Position numbers and translations under genes: made by a program. A DNA stretch of 62,766 nucleotides, filler included, from Choristocarpus tenellus KU-1152 (lineage: Eukaryota; Protista; Phaeophyceae): assembly GCA_964200185.2 (NCBI GenBank). It is 12 parts of 12 records of this genome, joined end to end, with 100 filler letters (N's around TTAATTAATTAA, not from the genome) between each part and the next. Parts side by side here need not be neighbours in the genome. Positions count along the whole stretch, not along the records: positions 1 to 3,488 come from CAXNAD020019688.1; positions 3,589 to 6,820 come from CAXNAD020021375.1; positions 6,921 to 9,596 come from CAXNAD020025733.1; positions 9,697 to 12,461 come from CAXNAD020024943.1; positions 12,562 to 22,316 come from CAXNAD020003423.1; 7 more parts are not named here. One strand, written 5' to 3'. Shown piece by piece: positions 1 through 12,899 of this stretch. Each line of letters opens with the position of its first letter. Position 1 is the stretch's first letter. Under the pieces are notes generated by a model. The model was not told the DNA's origin and searched no databases. It was given only the letters and a program-made list of their open reading frames with translations.

Positions 1-61
1 TAAGACCGTTTTCGCAAAACAACCATCCTCATAGTCCTGCACCATCCTCAATTTTGAGAAA

Positions 62-285
62 TCCCTGTTATTTGGGGCTTGGCTTCCCATGTTTTTTTTA
101 TGACATTTTCCTACTCCAAAATATTTCGGAGTGGGTAAAACATATGCGTTATGAAATGGTGTGTCCAGAATATCGATACATTGACACTTCCTAGCAAACA
201 CGATAGCCAAAATTACACCAAAATCGCAACATTGGATTTAGGCCCCCAAATGGACGCGGCTCTACCCTCTAAGATACTCTGGCTC
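62..285 (-). mobile_element. MITE family A, truncated copy
   Basis: Matches the ~260-bp family body and ends in the TIR TACCCTCTAAGATACTCTGGCTC. The other TIR is missing. Confidence 0.85.
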
Positions 286-1208
286 AGTGAAGAGTGACAT
301 ACAAAATGGCATTCTGTCTCTCAAAAAGTTAAAAAGGCGTAGCCTACAAACTTTTAATCTACAAATTAGCTCGTTTCATTATAGTACTGGAATCATCCGA
401 TCAGTTCCACATGTATCACAACATGATTTTGACAATCGGAAATATTCGGTAAGTATCAAATTTGTAGGGCCTTTCACTGGGCTGGGCAGTTAGCATGCCC
501 ACCAGCAGTTGTATGGCTGTGGGACAGCCTATGGATAATCTTTGGAAAGCGAAACATCGATACAAAACAAAGCTATCATATAAATAATATCCAGTGATAT
601 ATAATGATTAAAAAAGAACAGAAAGAATGAATATCAAATTTAATCTGGAACGGAAAGCAATGAAGAATGGTCTAAGTTCTTTTACCTTGCGCTTTATGTA
701 CAGGAATATTGACCCCCAAATAAAATCGATGTGGTGGTGCTGGCTGCTGGATATGTTTTCGCCCTCAATACCTTTTTCACATGAGTGACTAAACGAGTTA
801 GAATTTGTTTGATTTGGACTGGTTCGGGAGTAGATCTGAATGGCCTGGGGACTGGACTAATATAGCACACTCTGAACATGGCCTCGACACTTCAGAAACG
901 TTTTGACCAGTTAGCGGACATGATCCAGACATTTTAGAGAATGTTGGACCTGGTCAGGCCAGCAGACATGGATCGGTACAATAACTGGTGGACATGGTCT
1001 GGACATGCTACATAATGTTAGACTAGGCCTGGCCGTCAGGTATGAATTAGGATATGTCAGAAAATTGTGGGACCAGTGCAGCCTGTGAATGGGTCTCCAT
1101 TTTCATTTCTGGTGCGGGAAAAGGAAATACAAATTAGGGTTATTCTAGAAAAAAATAAAATGGTCATTCTCCACAAATGCAAGACAAAAAAAAGTGTGCC
1201 ACTTCATG

Positions 1209-1538
1209 TTGGAAGGTACCTTTGCCGAACCACTCCTGTGAGGGAGTGACAGAGCGTGGAAAAAGATCACTCCAACATTGGAGCGTTGATTGGCGTCCCT
1301 GGCATGCTAGGCTTACTCAAACCGACTCCCTTAACTCATCATCCAATTTCCATACTAAGTTTCGAGTGACAATTTGGAAGGTACCTTTGCCGGACCACTC
1401 CTGTGAGGGAGTGACAAAGCGTGGAAAAAGATCACTCCAACTTTGGAGCGTTGGCTGGCGTCCCTAGCATGCTAGGCTTACTCAAACCGACTCCCTCAAC
1501 TCATCATCCAATTTCCATACTAAGGTTCGTGTGACAAT
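1209..1538. repeat. Tandem duplication, 2 x 165 bp
   Basis: TTGGAAGGTACCTTTGCCG...GTGACAAT starts at 1209 and again at 1374, with few substitutions. Confidence 0.95.
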
Positions 1539-2289
1539 AATACAGGCACGGGTTATCAGGTTCTCATGTGTGCTTGTGTGATCAAGATGAGTCACCAACA
1601 TGCACCCACCAGTGGTCGTTTCTTGCGCAAGCCCGTTCAACCAGCTCTATATACACCATCATACACCTAGGTATTGCATCTCGTGTGAACACCCTATGCA
1701 TACTGTAATACTCTGAGGAGAACCCCTTTCTTAGCCCCCCCCTAAATTTTGTCAGTTTTTGCTTTGCCTTCAAACTTCTCTGCATTTGTACCCGCAGTGA
1801 CTTACTGACCTTAACTCTAGCCACGTAGAACTCTTGGGTCCCCACACAATCACTCACCCTTACCCCGCTGTAGGGCAGGCTTATTTGGATCCTGACAACA
1901 TCAACCCAGGTGAAATTGGTGATGGAAACTTCAGGCGACCTAGATAATGTTATCCCAGATGGACTTTTTGTCAAATTAGAGCGGTTCAGCTAATGCTAAC
2001 CCTGGGCCAAAGAAAACATCACATACATTGACAACATATGGAGAGAGGGGGTTCCATAGAGGTAGCCCCACAAAGCATTACAATACTCCATGATTGTTCA
2101 AATTTAGAAGCAGCGTACTCTCGTGGTTGTACAACTGCCGATTCACTGGTCAGATCTTTCATAATTTTGAATTGTCCATCTTACTTCTACTTGGAATATG
2201 AGCCAGCTCTTCACAGCAGGGAAAAGGCGTTTCTTTCAAGTGATGAAGCATCTGTGTCACACCCGGAATTAGTCTCCACTGGGAAACGA

Positions 2290-2539
2290 TTCCAAAGTAA
2301 ACGAGAGGTAGTTTATGGCAACTTTGCATTTGAAGCCAGTTTTTCAATCTTTTCAAATCCACATATTTCTATGGATGAAGTGCTAAGTTTGACTCAAGAG
2401 CGTTGATTTCTTTATTGCTTGAAACTTTTCAAAAGGAATCAGAAAACTTTCTATACTAGTGTACAAAAGGCCGAATCTTTGCACACATTTTCAGCATCCT
2501 TAAAGTGCAACCCTGGGTAACTTTCTGTTACTTTGGCTA
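2290..2539 (+). mobile_element. MITE family B, degenerate copy
   Basis: CCAAAGTAAACGAGAGGTA...CCCTGGGTAACTTTCTGTTACTTTGGCT. The body aligns by eye to 7500-8033 and 52633-52774. Confidence 0.7.
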
Positions 2540-2782
2540 GATTTGTCAAGTATCATTCCAAAGCTTTACTATTGTCCAGAGTGGAGATCTGTGGCCTCAG
2601 TTCAACATATAGAGCAAATCATCTGGTCATGAAAAAACTGAAAAACGATAAACAAATCATGGAAGCTTGAGCTATGCACAATCACACCTTCTGGAAAGGG
2701 AATATCACAGCAATGGTTACCCCACAGCATGATACCACTGAACACCGAGAACAAACGCACAGCAACAAACAAATAAATTCGC

Positions 2783-3150
2783 GTGAAACATTGAGATACC
2801 ACTGTTTCACCATGGTAGATAGTTGCCAAGTGGAACATAGGTATCTCAATATTTGACCAAATCAGAGGGTGGAAAGCTAACCCACCATAATTCATTTGTC
2901 AACACACCACTTATCACACACTCTCCCTGAGGGCTCAATCTTCACATTTACCCTTTTTTCCTGGACCTCTCTCACCCTCAATTTATATCCTCCTGTGATA
3001 GGGATCAGGAAAGTCGTAACTAGGATTCAATCCCACATCCTCTGATTTTGTCAAACAATGAGATACCACTGTTCTACTGGTGCATAAGCAAAGTCATGGT
3101 AATAGTATGACTACTGCCCCTGTTGAAAAGTGGTATCTCAATGTTTGACA
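2783..3150. repeat. Inverted pair of hairpins (double-hairpin element)
   Basis: TGTCAAACAATGAGATACCACT/AGTGGTATCTCAATGTTTGACA (3049-3150) is a 22-bp IR. A related hairpin lies at 2783-2858, and 2840-2873 is approximately the reverse complement of 3033-3068. Confidence 0.7.
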
Positions 3151-3488
3151 ATACAAATACAGTATCTGACTTGGTGCCTCACATCACATATTCTATTACA
3201 TTCCAATACTCTCAAGCAAGAGTAGTACCACTACAATGCTCTATACTACAGGTTGATCTGCCACAAGCATGATACTTTTGAGGAAAATCAAATGGAGCAA
3301 TCCTCCTCAGCAGTGTATGATAGGGTAGTATTTGGAGGATTGTGCTCCTTTCATCATCCAGTTGAGAAGGTGAAGCAAAATGCAGATGAACAGGGAATTT
3401 CACACCTCCTTGCTCCTAGCACGTGTCTGGTGTTTGAGGGGAGGGGGGGGGTATCTACCACATGCAAAAAATACAGCATCATTGTAAT

Positions 3489-3588
3489 NNNNNNNNNNNN
3501 NNNNNNNNNNNNNNNNNNNNNNNNNNNNNNNNTTAATTAATTAANNNNNNNNNNNNNNNNNNNNNNNNNNNNNNNNNNNNNNNNNNNN
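3489..3588. other. Artificial contig linker (N44-TTAATTAATTAA-N44)
   Basis: An identical 100-bp spacer with stops in all six frames recurs at 6821-6920, 9597-9696, 12462-12561, 22317-22416, 25701-25800, 40259-40358, 44770-44869, 49201-49300, 52820-52919 and 58096-58195. The window is therefore 12 concatenated contigs. Confidence 0.98.
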
Positions 3589-3624
3589 CTAGTGTAGACC
3601 CCCCCCCCCCAGATACTTTGGGTC
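3589..3624 (+). mobile_element. MITE family C terminus at contig start
   Basis: GTGTAGACC-polyC-AGATACTTTGGGTC matches the family C right end. Confidence 0.75.
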
Positions 3625-6600
3625 TGATTTCAAAGTTTTTTTTAAAAAATTTTGTGCTGTTGATGCTCTCGTGTTGTCGTTGGTGTATATCATACTTCAA
3701 ATCAAACAGGCAGCTCAATTTCTTTTTTGCAGAACAGTTTTTTACTTTTTATTTCGTGTATAAATATTTTTTTTGCATAAACTTTTTTTGTTTTTTGTGC
3801 TGACTGTATATATTGTATTATTACTATATTATTATTATTATTTATAGTGGTATGGTCTTGTCACTGATCTTGTCTAATGCTGTGTGTGTGATTGTGTGGG
3901 TTGTGGCGCCTCCTTGGTGGGAGTAGACCCTGATGAGATGGTTAAAGTTCTGTCCAAGCCTTACAGTTCTGCTGTGGAGGAACAAGATCCTGTGAGTCTC
4001 GGCACGACAACTATTATTGTGAGAGGGATATTCATTGCTCTGCTCTTTTTGCTTCATTCATTCATTTTTTTATTTATTTCTTATTTATTCCTTTATTAAC
4101 TTTTTTTAGAGTTAGGGCTTTGTATTTTTGTCCATTTTTTTTAATGTTGTGGAGGGTTAGGGTTAGGGTTAGCGTTGGACGGGAAACTTGAGGGTAGTGG
4201 TTGGGTGTGTTGTTTGCATCTGAGGTTAGGGTTAGCCATGAAGGTTGCCTTGAACAATAAGGATCCTCTTCTTGGACGTGTTGTATTGGAACATACATAC
4301 CCTTTTTATTTTTTGTTGGATCGAGGGGACATACATACCTTTTTTTATTGTTTTATTGTTGCCTTTGGTGTGAGTAATCCCTTTTTATTGTTTCGGTATC
4401 TGCTCATGAAACTGCCGATATGAAGATGAAACTGTCAATATGAAGACGAAACTGCCACTATATATATATATTTATATATTTTAAATTGAATTTTGTAGCG
4501 GTGCTTATCCGTTGCAAAAAAAAATGCGAGCATGGTACTGCAGGTTGTGGTGATTGTAGGAAACTTTGTTGGTGTTGGGTTTGTTGGGTTCTTCAATAGG
4601 TGTTCAGGTTAAAAAGGTAGGTGCCGAGGACCTCTCGATGGTACACACCGGGGGAGCCCTGCTTAAACAAGGCAAGTGTATGATTTGTACTAGTACCATC
4701 CCCTAAACGATGTGGACCAAAAACTAGATATCATTGATCATTAGTAGGTACTACTGCCTATATCATTGTGTTGTAGGTGTTTTTGGACAGCTGAGTCTTT
4801 TTTTTTTCCAGGTTGATGCCGACAACCTACCCACTGAAATATATGTTTTGGGGGGTTTTTTCTGTCCGTTTTTTATTTTATTTTTTGCTCTCTCTCTCTC
4901 TCTCTCTCTCTCCCTCTCTCTCTCGGTTACGTGTTCCTCTTACGGAAGTTTGTTGTAAGATATTTCTCTGCAAGTACTGGTTTTTGTAGTGTGTGCGTGT
5001 TTGTCTTCATTGGGTTCTTGACTCCTTATTTCTTTTCTTTTTTTCTTTTTTGAATGAAGGCGATTGACCACTGTGTTCAGGTGGTGACATCACGCATTAG
5101 GGAAATGGAAGTGCAGGTTGGAGGCGACCTTGTCACACACATGTAGCGGCAGGAGATGAAGATTATCCAACACCTGCATGCAGTAGTATGCTGGGAGTCC
5201 TCCCACAACGTGGCTCCACCTATCTGTGGAACATACCTGCCCCAGCTCACTTGACCTTACTCTTGCTTGTGTGTGTGCTATGTCCAGAGTCCTCCACTCG
5301 GAGGTTGCACCATACATACCCTTATTCATGAATGCCTAATTTGACTAACCTACAGACACAATTATGTTGTTTTGAGCTGGATATGGGCCTGTTGATTTAG
5401 GTCATGTTTTGTCGACTATCCTGTTGGTTTAGTCTAGGTGGCCTCACCTGGTTTGGGCAATAGTATTATGTGGTCGCATGCCTGTGTGCCTAGTGATATT
5501 TTTTTTGTAATGTTGAGGTTGTAGGTCCTACTAGCAATATCTTAGCTGTGGCTTGATTTGCTTCCTGTGGGCATGGTACTGTGAGACACAATGCCTTCCA
5601 GCAACTGTGGAGACCTTTGTAACGTGTTTTTGGGTGAGGAGAGCGACATGAGCTTTCTTTCGTGTGTGCTTAACAAAACAATCTAAACATCCCAAGATGA
5701 ACTGCTGGGTGTGTTGTGGTTGTACTTCGAAAACAAAGGGCTTGGTCTAGTAAGGAAGGATATGTTTGAGGAATGGTGAAAGTAGTTTGTTGGTTACACT
5801 CACGCTATTGGTTGGAACCAAACCATATTTGTAGTGGGCTGTGCCTGTGACTTCTTTTCCATCATTCTGCGTCATTTAGGATGACGTGAACCTGTCTGAA
5901 ACAGCAAAGCTTCTTATCATGAATTTAGTATTGTTTATTGCTTTATAGTGTTGTGATTTTTAAGAATCATTCTCCTTTGTCCTGCACCACAAAGTCAGTA
6001 TTAGATCTCCATCACAAAATCCTTGGGGTGATATTTTGCTTCTTTGGGATCTATTTGCTGGGGGTAGGAAATAGGTAGGAGAGCAGCCATTCACTCCTCT
6101 GGCGAGTGGGGGAGGAGGGTATGTTTCCTTTATTGTTAGGTGGCATTCTTGCTTGCATAGCTTTCTTCTTGACATAAGCAGTACTTCTCACTTTTGCTTT
6201 GATGATTGATATATGCATTCCCTAAAGCAGGTGCGACATTTTCCCCCAACTGTTGTAGCATTTAACCAGGTGTCAGAACAAAAACAATCGCCAGGAGGGA
6301 TAGATAGGCCTTTGGTACTCTCACAGTAAGCTCTCTGTGCACTGGTGCTCAGCTATGTTGATGCTGGTATTGTGGTGATTGAATACCAATATAGTTCTAC
6401 TACTTCTAATATGTATTTGTTACGTGTGGAGTTCTGATGGTCTTGCCAAGTAGACATTGACTGCTACTCTGAGTCTTGACATTTTGCTGGTGCATATGCT
6501 GTGAGGCAAGCATGCAGTTGTAATGTGTATGCACTCCTTGTTGTTTAACACCAGGTGTTCCTGAGCGTACAATATATCTGAACTGGGGGCTTTCAGAAAC

Positions 6601-6712
6601 TCAATTTACAAGGAAAGCTGTGGTGTGAACATTCTGAGTAGCATGTATACTTGTGATCATACATCTTAGTATTCGAGAGTTTTACAAGTATGTATTTTTA
6701 TTGTCGCATATT

Positions 6713-6820
6713 GACCTAAAGTATCTGGGGGGGGGGGGGGGTGTCTACACCAGAGTGTCTTTTTGATGAAAATCGGGAAAAGTGCATTTACATTATCCAT
6801 CCGACGTATGCAACCAAGTC
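6713..6820 (-). mobile_element. MITE family C, partial, at contig end
   Basis: GACCTAAAGTATCT-polyG-TGTCTACACCAG...CATTATCCATCCGA is the reverse complement of the 9428-9596 copy. Confidence 0.8.
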
Positions 6821-7499
6821 NNNNNNNNNNNNNNNNNNNNNNNNNNNNNNNNNNNNNNNNNNNNTTAATTAATTAANNNNNNNNNNNNNNNNNNNNNNNN
6901 NNNNNNNNNNNNNNNNNNNNGTGCTCACTCCGCTAATAAATAAATCCATACAACTTAAAGCAAAGACTATTGGAAGAGTTCTCTTTTGCATACACACAAT
7001 GAAATATATTTAAATATCTTCAGTGGTATTGGTACACACAAATGGTGGATATCTATGTGTAACTATCATCATACCGCCACCCTTCCCTTCTATTTGTAGA
7101 AATGTGAAGAAATGGGAAAAAAGAGGACTACACAAGGAACCGCATACTTTCAGCAGACCTGGATTGCAAGCTGACTCGGTTATAATATATCAATAATGGC
7201 TGAGTCGTAGCCTTCAGCAGCTTTAATGGGGCTAGGCTGTGGGCTGGCTCAAGCAAGGTGTATTTTGAAAGAATCAGACTAGGTATAATTTCATGCTGGG
7301 CGGATCCTCAGGTTGGTTGGGTTGGGTTGGGTTGGGCGATTTACAGAGGTGGATGTTGAGGGGTCGGTGTCGTAGTTTTGAATCAAACATGTATGGATGC
7401 TGAGTTCTACAAAGGGTTAAGGAACGTGCCCCCATTCAGCATTCGTGTTGCTGTGGATTAAGTGGGTGCACACAGTTTGGATGTTTGGGAAATCCGCTT

Positions 7500-8033
7500 G
7501 AGCCAAAGTAAATTAGAGTTACCCAGGTTTTGGCTGTTTTAATTTTAAGTCACTCTTTCATCCTTTGTAGTTCACCGTTATTTCTACTGATGAGGCAAAA
7601 AAGTTACAGCTTGAGAGATGTGATTTTTCTATTATTTTGAAGCTTTGACAGAATCCAGAAAGAATCCCTATATGCATTTGTATAAAAAGCCGAATTTTTG
7701 GCTCATATTTTTTTAGCATTCTTCAAATGCGACCTGAGCCGAAGCATTTAAGAGGGTAGGGCCATGTCCGTTTGGGGTCATAATCCAATTTTGCGATTTT
7801 CATTCATTTTGGCTATCGTGTTTGTTAGCACGTGTCAATATCCTTGCTCCCAACACTCCTTTCATAGTTATACTCCGAAATGTTTCAGAGTAGGTAACTG
7901 TGTTCCCGCAGAAAACCGAAAAAGGGCATAAAAAAATCGTGGGTAGCCAAGCCCCAAACGAACAAACAGGGCAAAACTCTTCCCCTCTTAGATGCTTCGG
8001 GTCATTCTGGGTATGTCTCGTTTCCTTTGGTTC
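7500..8033 (+). mobile_element. MITE family B interrupted by a family A' copy
   Basis: TIRs GAGCCAAAGTAAATTAGAGTTACCCAGG / CTGGGTATGTCTCGTTTCCTTTGGTTC. Flanks GCTT/ACTT (4-bp TSD with one transition). Confidence 0.75.
7736..8003 (+). mobile_element. MITE family A' nested in family B
   Basis: TIRs GAGCCGAAGCATTTAAGAGGG / CCCCTCTTAGATGCTTCGGGTC. The body is homologous to family A. Confidence 0.85.
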
Positions 8034-8599
8034 ACTTGAGTTGTGGTTAGATGATATGATAGAGTGAATATATATTGTGCTAAGCTGCCCTTGACGATCT
8101 GTTATTCCACGCAACCAGTTATAGTATTGTTTATTAGCTTGTGTCACAGTTGAGAAGAGAGTTAGACACCACCACTAGATGGGGCTCACCAAGCCTTACA
8201 GCAAATGAATCAGAATACCAAATGGCTCAACAGTTCTCTAGTACATGTCAGAAACACTCCGACTCTAATATTTCACCAATTGCATCTGGTCAAATGCCCT
8301 GCCTAAATATCCTTAATGTCCCGCATCATTGTCTGTGCGTACATAAAATGTTCATTCAAATCATATTCTCACAAATGGTCAAGCATAATCTTGACACACT
8401 CCCCTGCTCTGACTATGCCGTGCAAATCAAATCAGTCCAAAAATAAATCTCAACTTCAAATCAACTCAATCTGCATACTTCGAATCATATTCCCACACAT
8501 GGACAAGCCAAATCTCGACACACTCCCCTGCTCTGTCCATGAATCATGAATCTAATGAACTCAATCTGCACACTACCCCTTATTCACAGTGCATGATAG

Positions 8600-9427
8600 T
8601 TCTATAGTGGTATTCAAACACGTTACTGCTCAAAGTCTTCGTAAACAAATTCTCCATGTTGTTCACCAGAGTTTACATGGACAATCTGTGCCTTCCCCTC
8701 TTTCACTAAGTTCCTTACATAATGATATCTACTATCTGTATGTTTTGTCCTACCCCACAAAGCTGTCTCCTCAGCCAACTTGATTGTCCCACTATTGTCT
8801 TCAAGTAATTGTACGCAATACTTGTGCATAGCTAGCTCCAGAAAAAATTGGACTTGCTGCAAAAACATAACCTCCTTGACCAAATCACACAACGACACAT
8901 ACTCAGCCTCAATGGTAGAATAAAGTAACAGTTTTCTGCATTTTGGACCACCAGCTAACACATGCACCCCCAAACATTACCACGCCATCAGACACAGAAA
9001 ATATTGAAATCTTACGATTGGCGTAGTCTGCATCAGCATAGCCAACGAGTTAGTCCCTAGGCGCATCGCCATAATGGCTGAAATCACCAAAGTCAAGCCC
9101 CTCTTACTTGTCCTCAACAAATAAGTAATCGCTCTTTCGGCTCCTTTCTAATCCGTCACTATGGGATTCACACACTTCCTCGCTAGGCTCCTTACCGCGG
9201 ATGATACATCGGGTCTGGTCATAATGGATGCCCACATATCAAGCTCCCAACCATTGCACGATAACCATCTTGATTAGTCCCTCGTCAACAAACTCCTTAA
9301 GTAGTAACAGCAGGAAGGTCGCAACCACTCGTGATCCCACATTTGGCTGCCGAGTTTTCAACATACACCTGTTGGTCTATGGAAACAGTCCCAAATCCAC
9401 AATCCCTGTTGATACGACATCCCATAA
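8600..9427 (-). mobile_element. Decayed Ty1/Copia pol (RT C-terminus + RNase H)
   Basis: Minus-strand translation gives GCRINRD..TVSIDQQVYVE, YRAMVGSL..TRPDVSSAVRSL, LVGYADADYA, EAEYVSL..EDNSG..RTKHTDSRYHYVR, with stops and frameshifts. Confidence 0.9.
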
Positions 9428-9596
9428 GGCTCAAAGTATCTGGGGGGGGTGGCGGCTCTCCATTTGGAGCCAACTTTTTCCGTGTCGCAATTTTTTGGCT
9501 GATTTGGTTCCATACATCGGATGGATAATGTAAGTGCACTTTCCTCGTCATGGCCCAAATGGACACCCTGGTGTAGACCCGCCCCCCCCCCCCCCC
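9428..9596 (+). mobile_element. MITE family C inserted in Copia RT, runs to contig end
   Basis: GGCTCAAAGTATCT-G9...CTCCATTTGG...CCCAAATGGACACCCTGGTGTAGACC-polyC. Confidence 0.85.
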
Positions 9597-9947
9597 NNNN
9601 NNNNNNNNNNNNNNNNNNNNNNNNNNNNNNNNNNNNNNNNTTAATTAATTAANNNNNNNNNNNNNNNNNNNNNNNNNNNNNNNNNNNNNNNNNNNNCCCC
9701 TCCCTCCCCTCCCTCCTGTACCCTATTTTTTTTTGTGTTCTTTACATGCGTTTTTGTGTCGTTTTTTCCTGTTCTCTAAACAATGCACACAACGGATGGC
9801 GTGTTCCTCTTTGTTCACATTTTAAACATTCTGCGGGTTTTTTTCTGTCGGTGGGGGGTGGGGGGTTTTGGTACCTCTACTGTTTTCTACTGTGTGTGTG
9901 TGAATACAGATGCACTACTGCTTTTACAATGACTTTGTGTTTTCCAG

Positions 9948-10116
9948 GCTCGTCCCTGGGGAAGACAGTCGGCTGATGACTGTGCTTGATGTCGGGGGGC
10001 TGACCCTCGCCACCATTAAGAACAACACAGTTGTGACGAAGTAAGTGCTTTCTGCTTTCTTGTGAAGTGTTTGTTTTTGTTCTGCTCCTGAGCACTCATA
10101 TTTTTTTCATGCTGCT

Positions 10117-10166
<50 letters not shown>

Positions 10167-11154
10167 ACGAGTAGACCTGCTTTTCGCTATATTTTTTTTG
10201 TTTTGAAAATGTTACGCTTCTTTTGCTTTATTTTCATTTTTTGGTTCCTGTAACCCGATAAATTTTTTTTCTTAGAGTATTTGCGTGTGTTTTCTATTTA
10301 TTTATTTATTTACCGATGGTTTTTAAAACTCTGAAGTGTAGTAGTGCCTACTGTGTGCTGAGATTAAGGTGTGTGGGACACAGGTCGATAGCTTGCTTAA
10401 AGATGTTACTTATTTTTTTTACACCGATAGAATATAGGCTATGTTTTAAGATTCAGTCAATAGTAGCCATCCTACTACGTTTAGACCCCCCTTGAGCTTG
10501 GCATCAGCCTGTAGAGCTTTAAGACAGGTAATTTTTATTGTGTCCTTTTTTTTTTACAACACTTTGCCTCTCGGCTCGCACCCTCTCTATCTAGCCTCTT
10601 CTCCTCCCCAAGCCTAACTCCCCCTCCCCCCAACTGAAAAAGAAGCGCATCCGCTCCTCTCCTCTCCTCTCAACTTACGCCCTTATTTTGTACCACTATA
10701 GCCTCGACATGGGGGGTCGGGTCAGGGTGTTTATCAAGAGGGGAAGTCGATACTTGATGACTGTTTTGAGTTCTTAAAATGAAAAAAAAATAACGTTCAA
10801 CTTTGCTTCTTTTAATTTTTTATTTAAGAGGAAGAACACTTGAAGAAAAATAAATTCCATTGATAAGAAGAACTTGCTTCTGCGAAGTGAATGTCAGCGG
10901 CTCCCCCATTTTTTGTTGTTTTTTTGCCCTGTTGTTGTTGTTGTTGTTGTAGGTACCTCAAAGCCACAGGGGATGTGATGCAACAGCACTACCCTGAGCG
11001 ACAATCTCGAATTTTTGTTGTGAATGCTCCCTGGTGGTTCGCTGGCGTCTGGAAGGGGGCTGGAGGAGTGCTGTCAGGGGCTGTGCACAAGAAGCTGCAG
11101 ATCAAGGGCACGTCCTTCTTGCCTGATTTGTTGGAGCATGTAGACATAGATCAG
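9948..11154 (+). CDS. CRAL-TRIO (SEC14-like) lipid-binding protein, two internal exons (partial gene)
   Basis: Exons 9948-10040 (LVPGEDSRLMTVLDVGGLTLATIKNNTVVTK) and 10953-11154 (YLKATGDVMQQHYPERQSRIFVVNAPWWFAGVWK...LLEHVDIDQ). The junction is GT-AG and phase 2. HYPER and VNAPWWF are CRAL-TRIO hallmarks. Confidence 0.92.
10119..10165. repeat. (TG)n microsatellite
   Basis: Read directly from the sequence. Confidence 0.95.
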
Positions 11155-12170
11155 GTGAAGAAGGAATGGGGGGACAGCTGACAGGAGTGTTAGTTAGTTG
11201 CCTCTGTGTGATACACCCAAGGGCGTTTTTTTTTTTTTTTCTTTTGATTGGGGAGCTTAGCAAAGCATGGAAGACTTTTTGAGAATGCTGGAATGGGTTG
11301 GAGTACAGCAATGAGACAGGCAAGCCGCCCTGCATGGTTTTTTGTGCGATGCTGGATTTTTTTATTTTTTTTACTTAAAAGGCTGGGGAGGTGGGGAGGG
11401 CGTTGTTGTACTTGTGTGTGCAGCATGTGCTTGTGAAGAGAAGGGGTTGTCACAGAGCTGTGTCGGGATGTGGTGCTGTATGCTACTGTAGATTCTAAGA
11501 GGCTTGTAGGTTTTTGTAGGGGTGCGTGGGACAAACGTCTTTTTTACAGTTCGATACAGCCTCGATGAGTTTTATCCCTTGTAGTTTCTATTGCATGTAC
11601 AGACTTTTTTCAATACTAGAGGTGGTTGGATGTGTACATCACCTTCTTTATGGTGCAAGCATGACCCTTTGTGATTTCTAGGTTACTCCTGCTCCCTTCC
11701 ATTTTTGAATCTGAGATTTTGCTGTGTAGGTCAAACGTTGGCATGGGGGGGGGGGAGCAAACAAAGACTATTTTACCCCACTTAATGAAAATGCAGATAA
11801 CATAGGAACTCCTCGAGTCCCCCTTGCTTACTTGCAATTAGGGTTAGGGTGTTGTGAATATCAAAGGGACAGCGGTCTTGGGCAAGAGGAGGTGAAGTTA
11901 TGTATGTTACCCATGTTGTTGGCTTGTTCTGTTCTGCACCCCTAAATGGTATGTAGCTGCGAGCACAAAGAGATTACAACGGGTGACTATCGGGAGCATA
12001 ATGTATCATTGTGAGATGAAAAATAGTCCAAATAAGTTTTGGAGGAAAGTTCATTTATCTGTCGAAGGCAGCATAGTACCAAACTTAGTCGAATTGGAGT
12101 TTCCCACCAATCAGATGCTGGCGGGATTGATGAGATCAGTATAACACTGTAAGGTATAGTACCAATATTC

Positions 12171-12320
12171 ATACATACATACATACATACATACATACAT
12201 ACATACATACATACATACATACATACATACATACATACATACATACATACATAATAATAAATATATACATACATAATAATAATAAATATATACATACATA
12301 ATAATAATAAATATATACAT
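12171..12320. repeat. (ATAC)n microsatellite plus AT-rich compound repeat
   Basis: About 20 ATAC units followed by three ATAATAATAAATATATACAT units. Confidence 0.95.
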
Positions 12321-12585
12321 ATTTGTTCAATACACCGTACTGCCATCGGTTTCTTTCACAGTTGTCATACTGTTTCGCCGACACACTTGACAATTTTATG
12401 TCTGATCACCTGAAGGGCGTGGCATGTGACAAAAAAGGGTACGGTCCTGCTTTGTTCCTCTNNNNNNNNNNNNNNNNNNNNNNNNNNNNNNNNNNNNNNN
12501 NNNNNTTAATTAATTAANNNNNNNNNNNNNNNNNNNNNNNNNNNNNNNNNNNNNNNNNNNNGTTTGGTTATGTTGTTGTGTGAGT

Positions 12586-12638
<53 letters not shown>

Positions 12639-12899
12639 GACTCTTTTTGACGTGGCACAATAGGTCTAAAACAACGTTACCTGCAAAATTTATACTGGAG
12701 TATCTACACTTACACATGGCCAATTGAGCTAAGGCTTTTGTCATCCAATAATTATGACCTAGGAATTGTTGAACTTGGCTCAGTGCTTATGATTCACCTT
12801 GAGATGTCTATTGGTATTCATTTCTGTCCAAGATATGATTGGAAAGATACTGCTTCGTCATTGAAACAGCACTAGAGAGAGACAGACAGACGGTGGGAT

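Noticed and set aside
3533-3544. Recurring TTAATTAATTAA palindrome, and ORFs ending in X-runs or 'LIN'
   Set aside because: It is an artificial linker between N-runs, not biological sequence.
4155-4172. TTAGGG/CCCTAA runs (also ~11838, 25027, 28895, 44565, 44722) as telomeres
   Set aside because: They are only 2-4 internal units, i.e. interstitial microsatellites.
3928-4945. Exon-like pieces (DPDEMVKVLSKPY..EQDP; VTCSS) reminiscent of the SelO C-terminus
   Set aside because: No consistent splice model could be built, TCSS is not followed by a stop and abuts a CT microsatellite, and the similarity is too weak.
11987-12393. MYVC-repeat ORFs
   Set aside because: These are translations of the (ATAC)n microsatellite.
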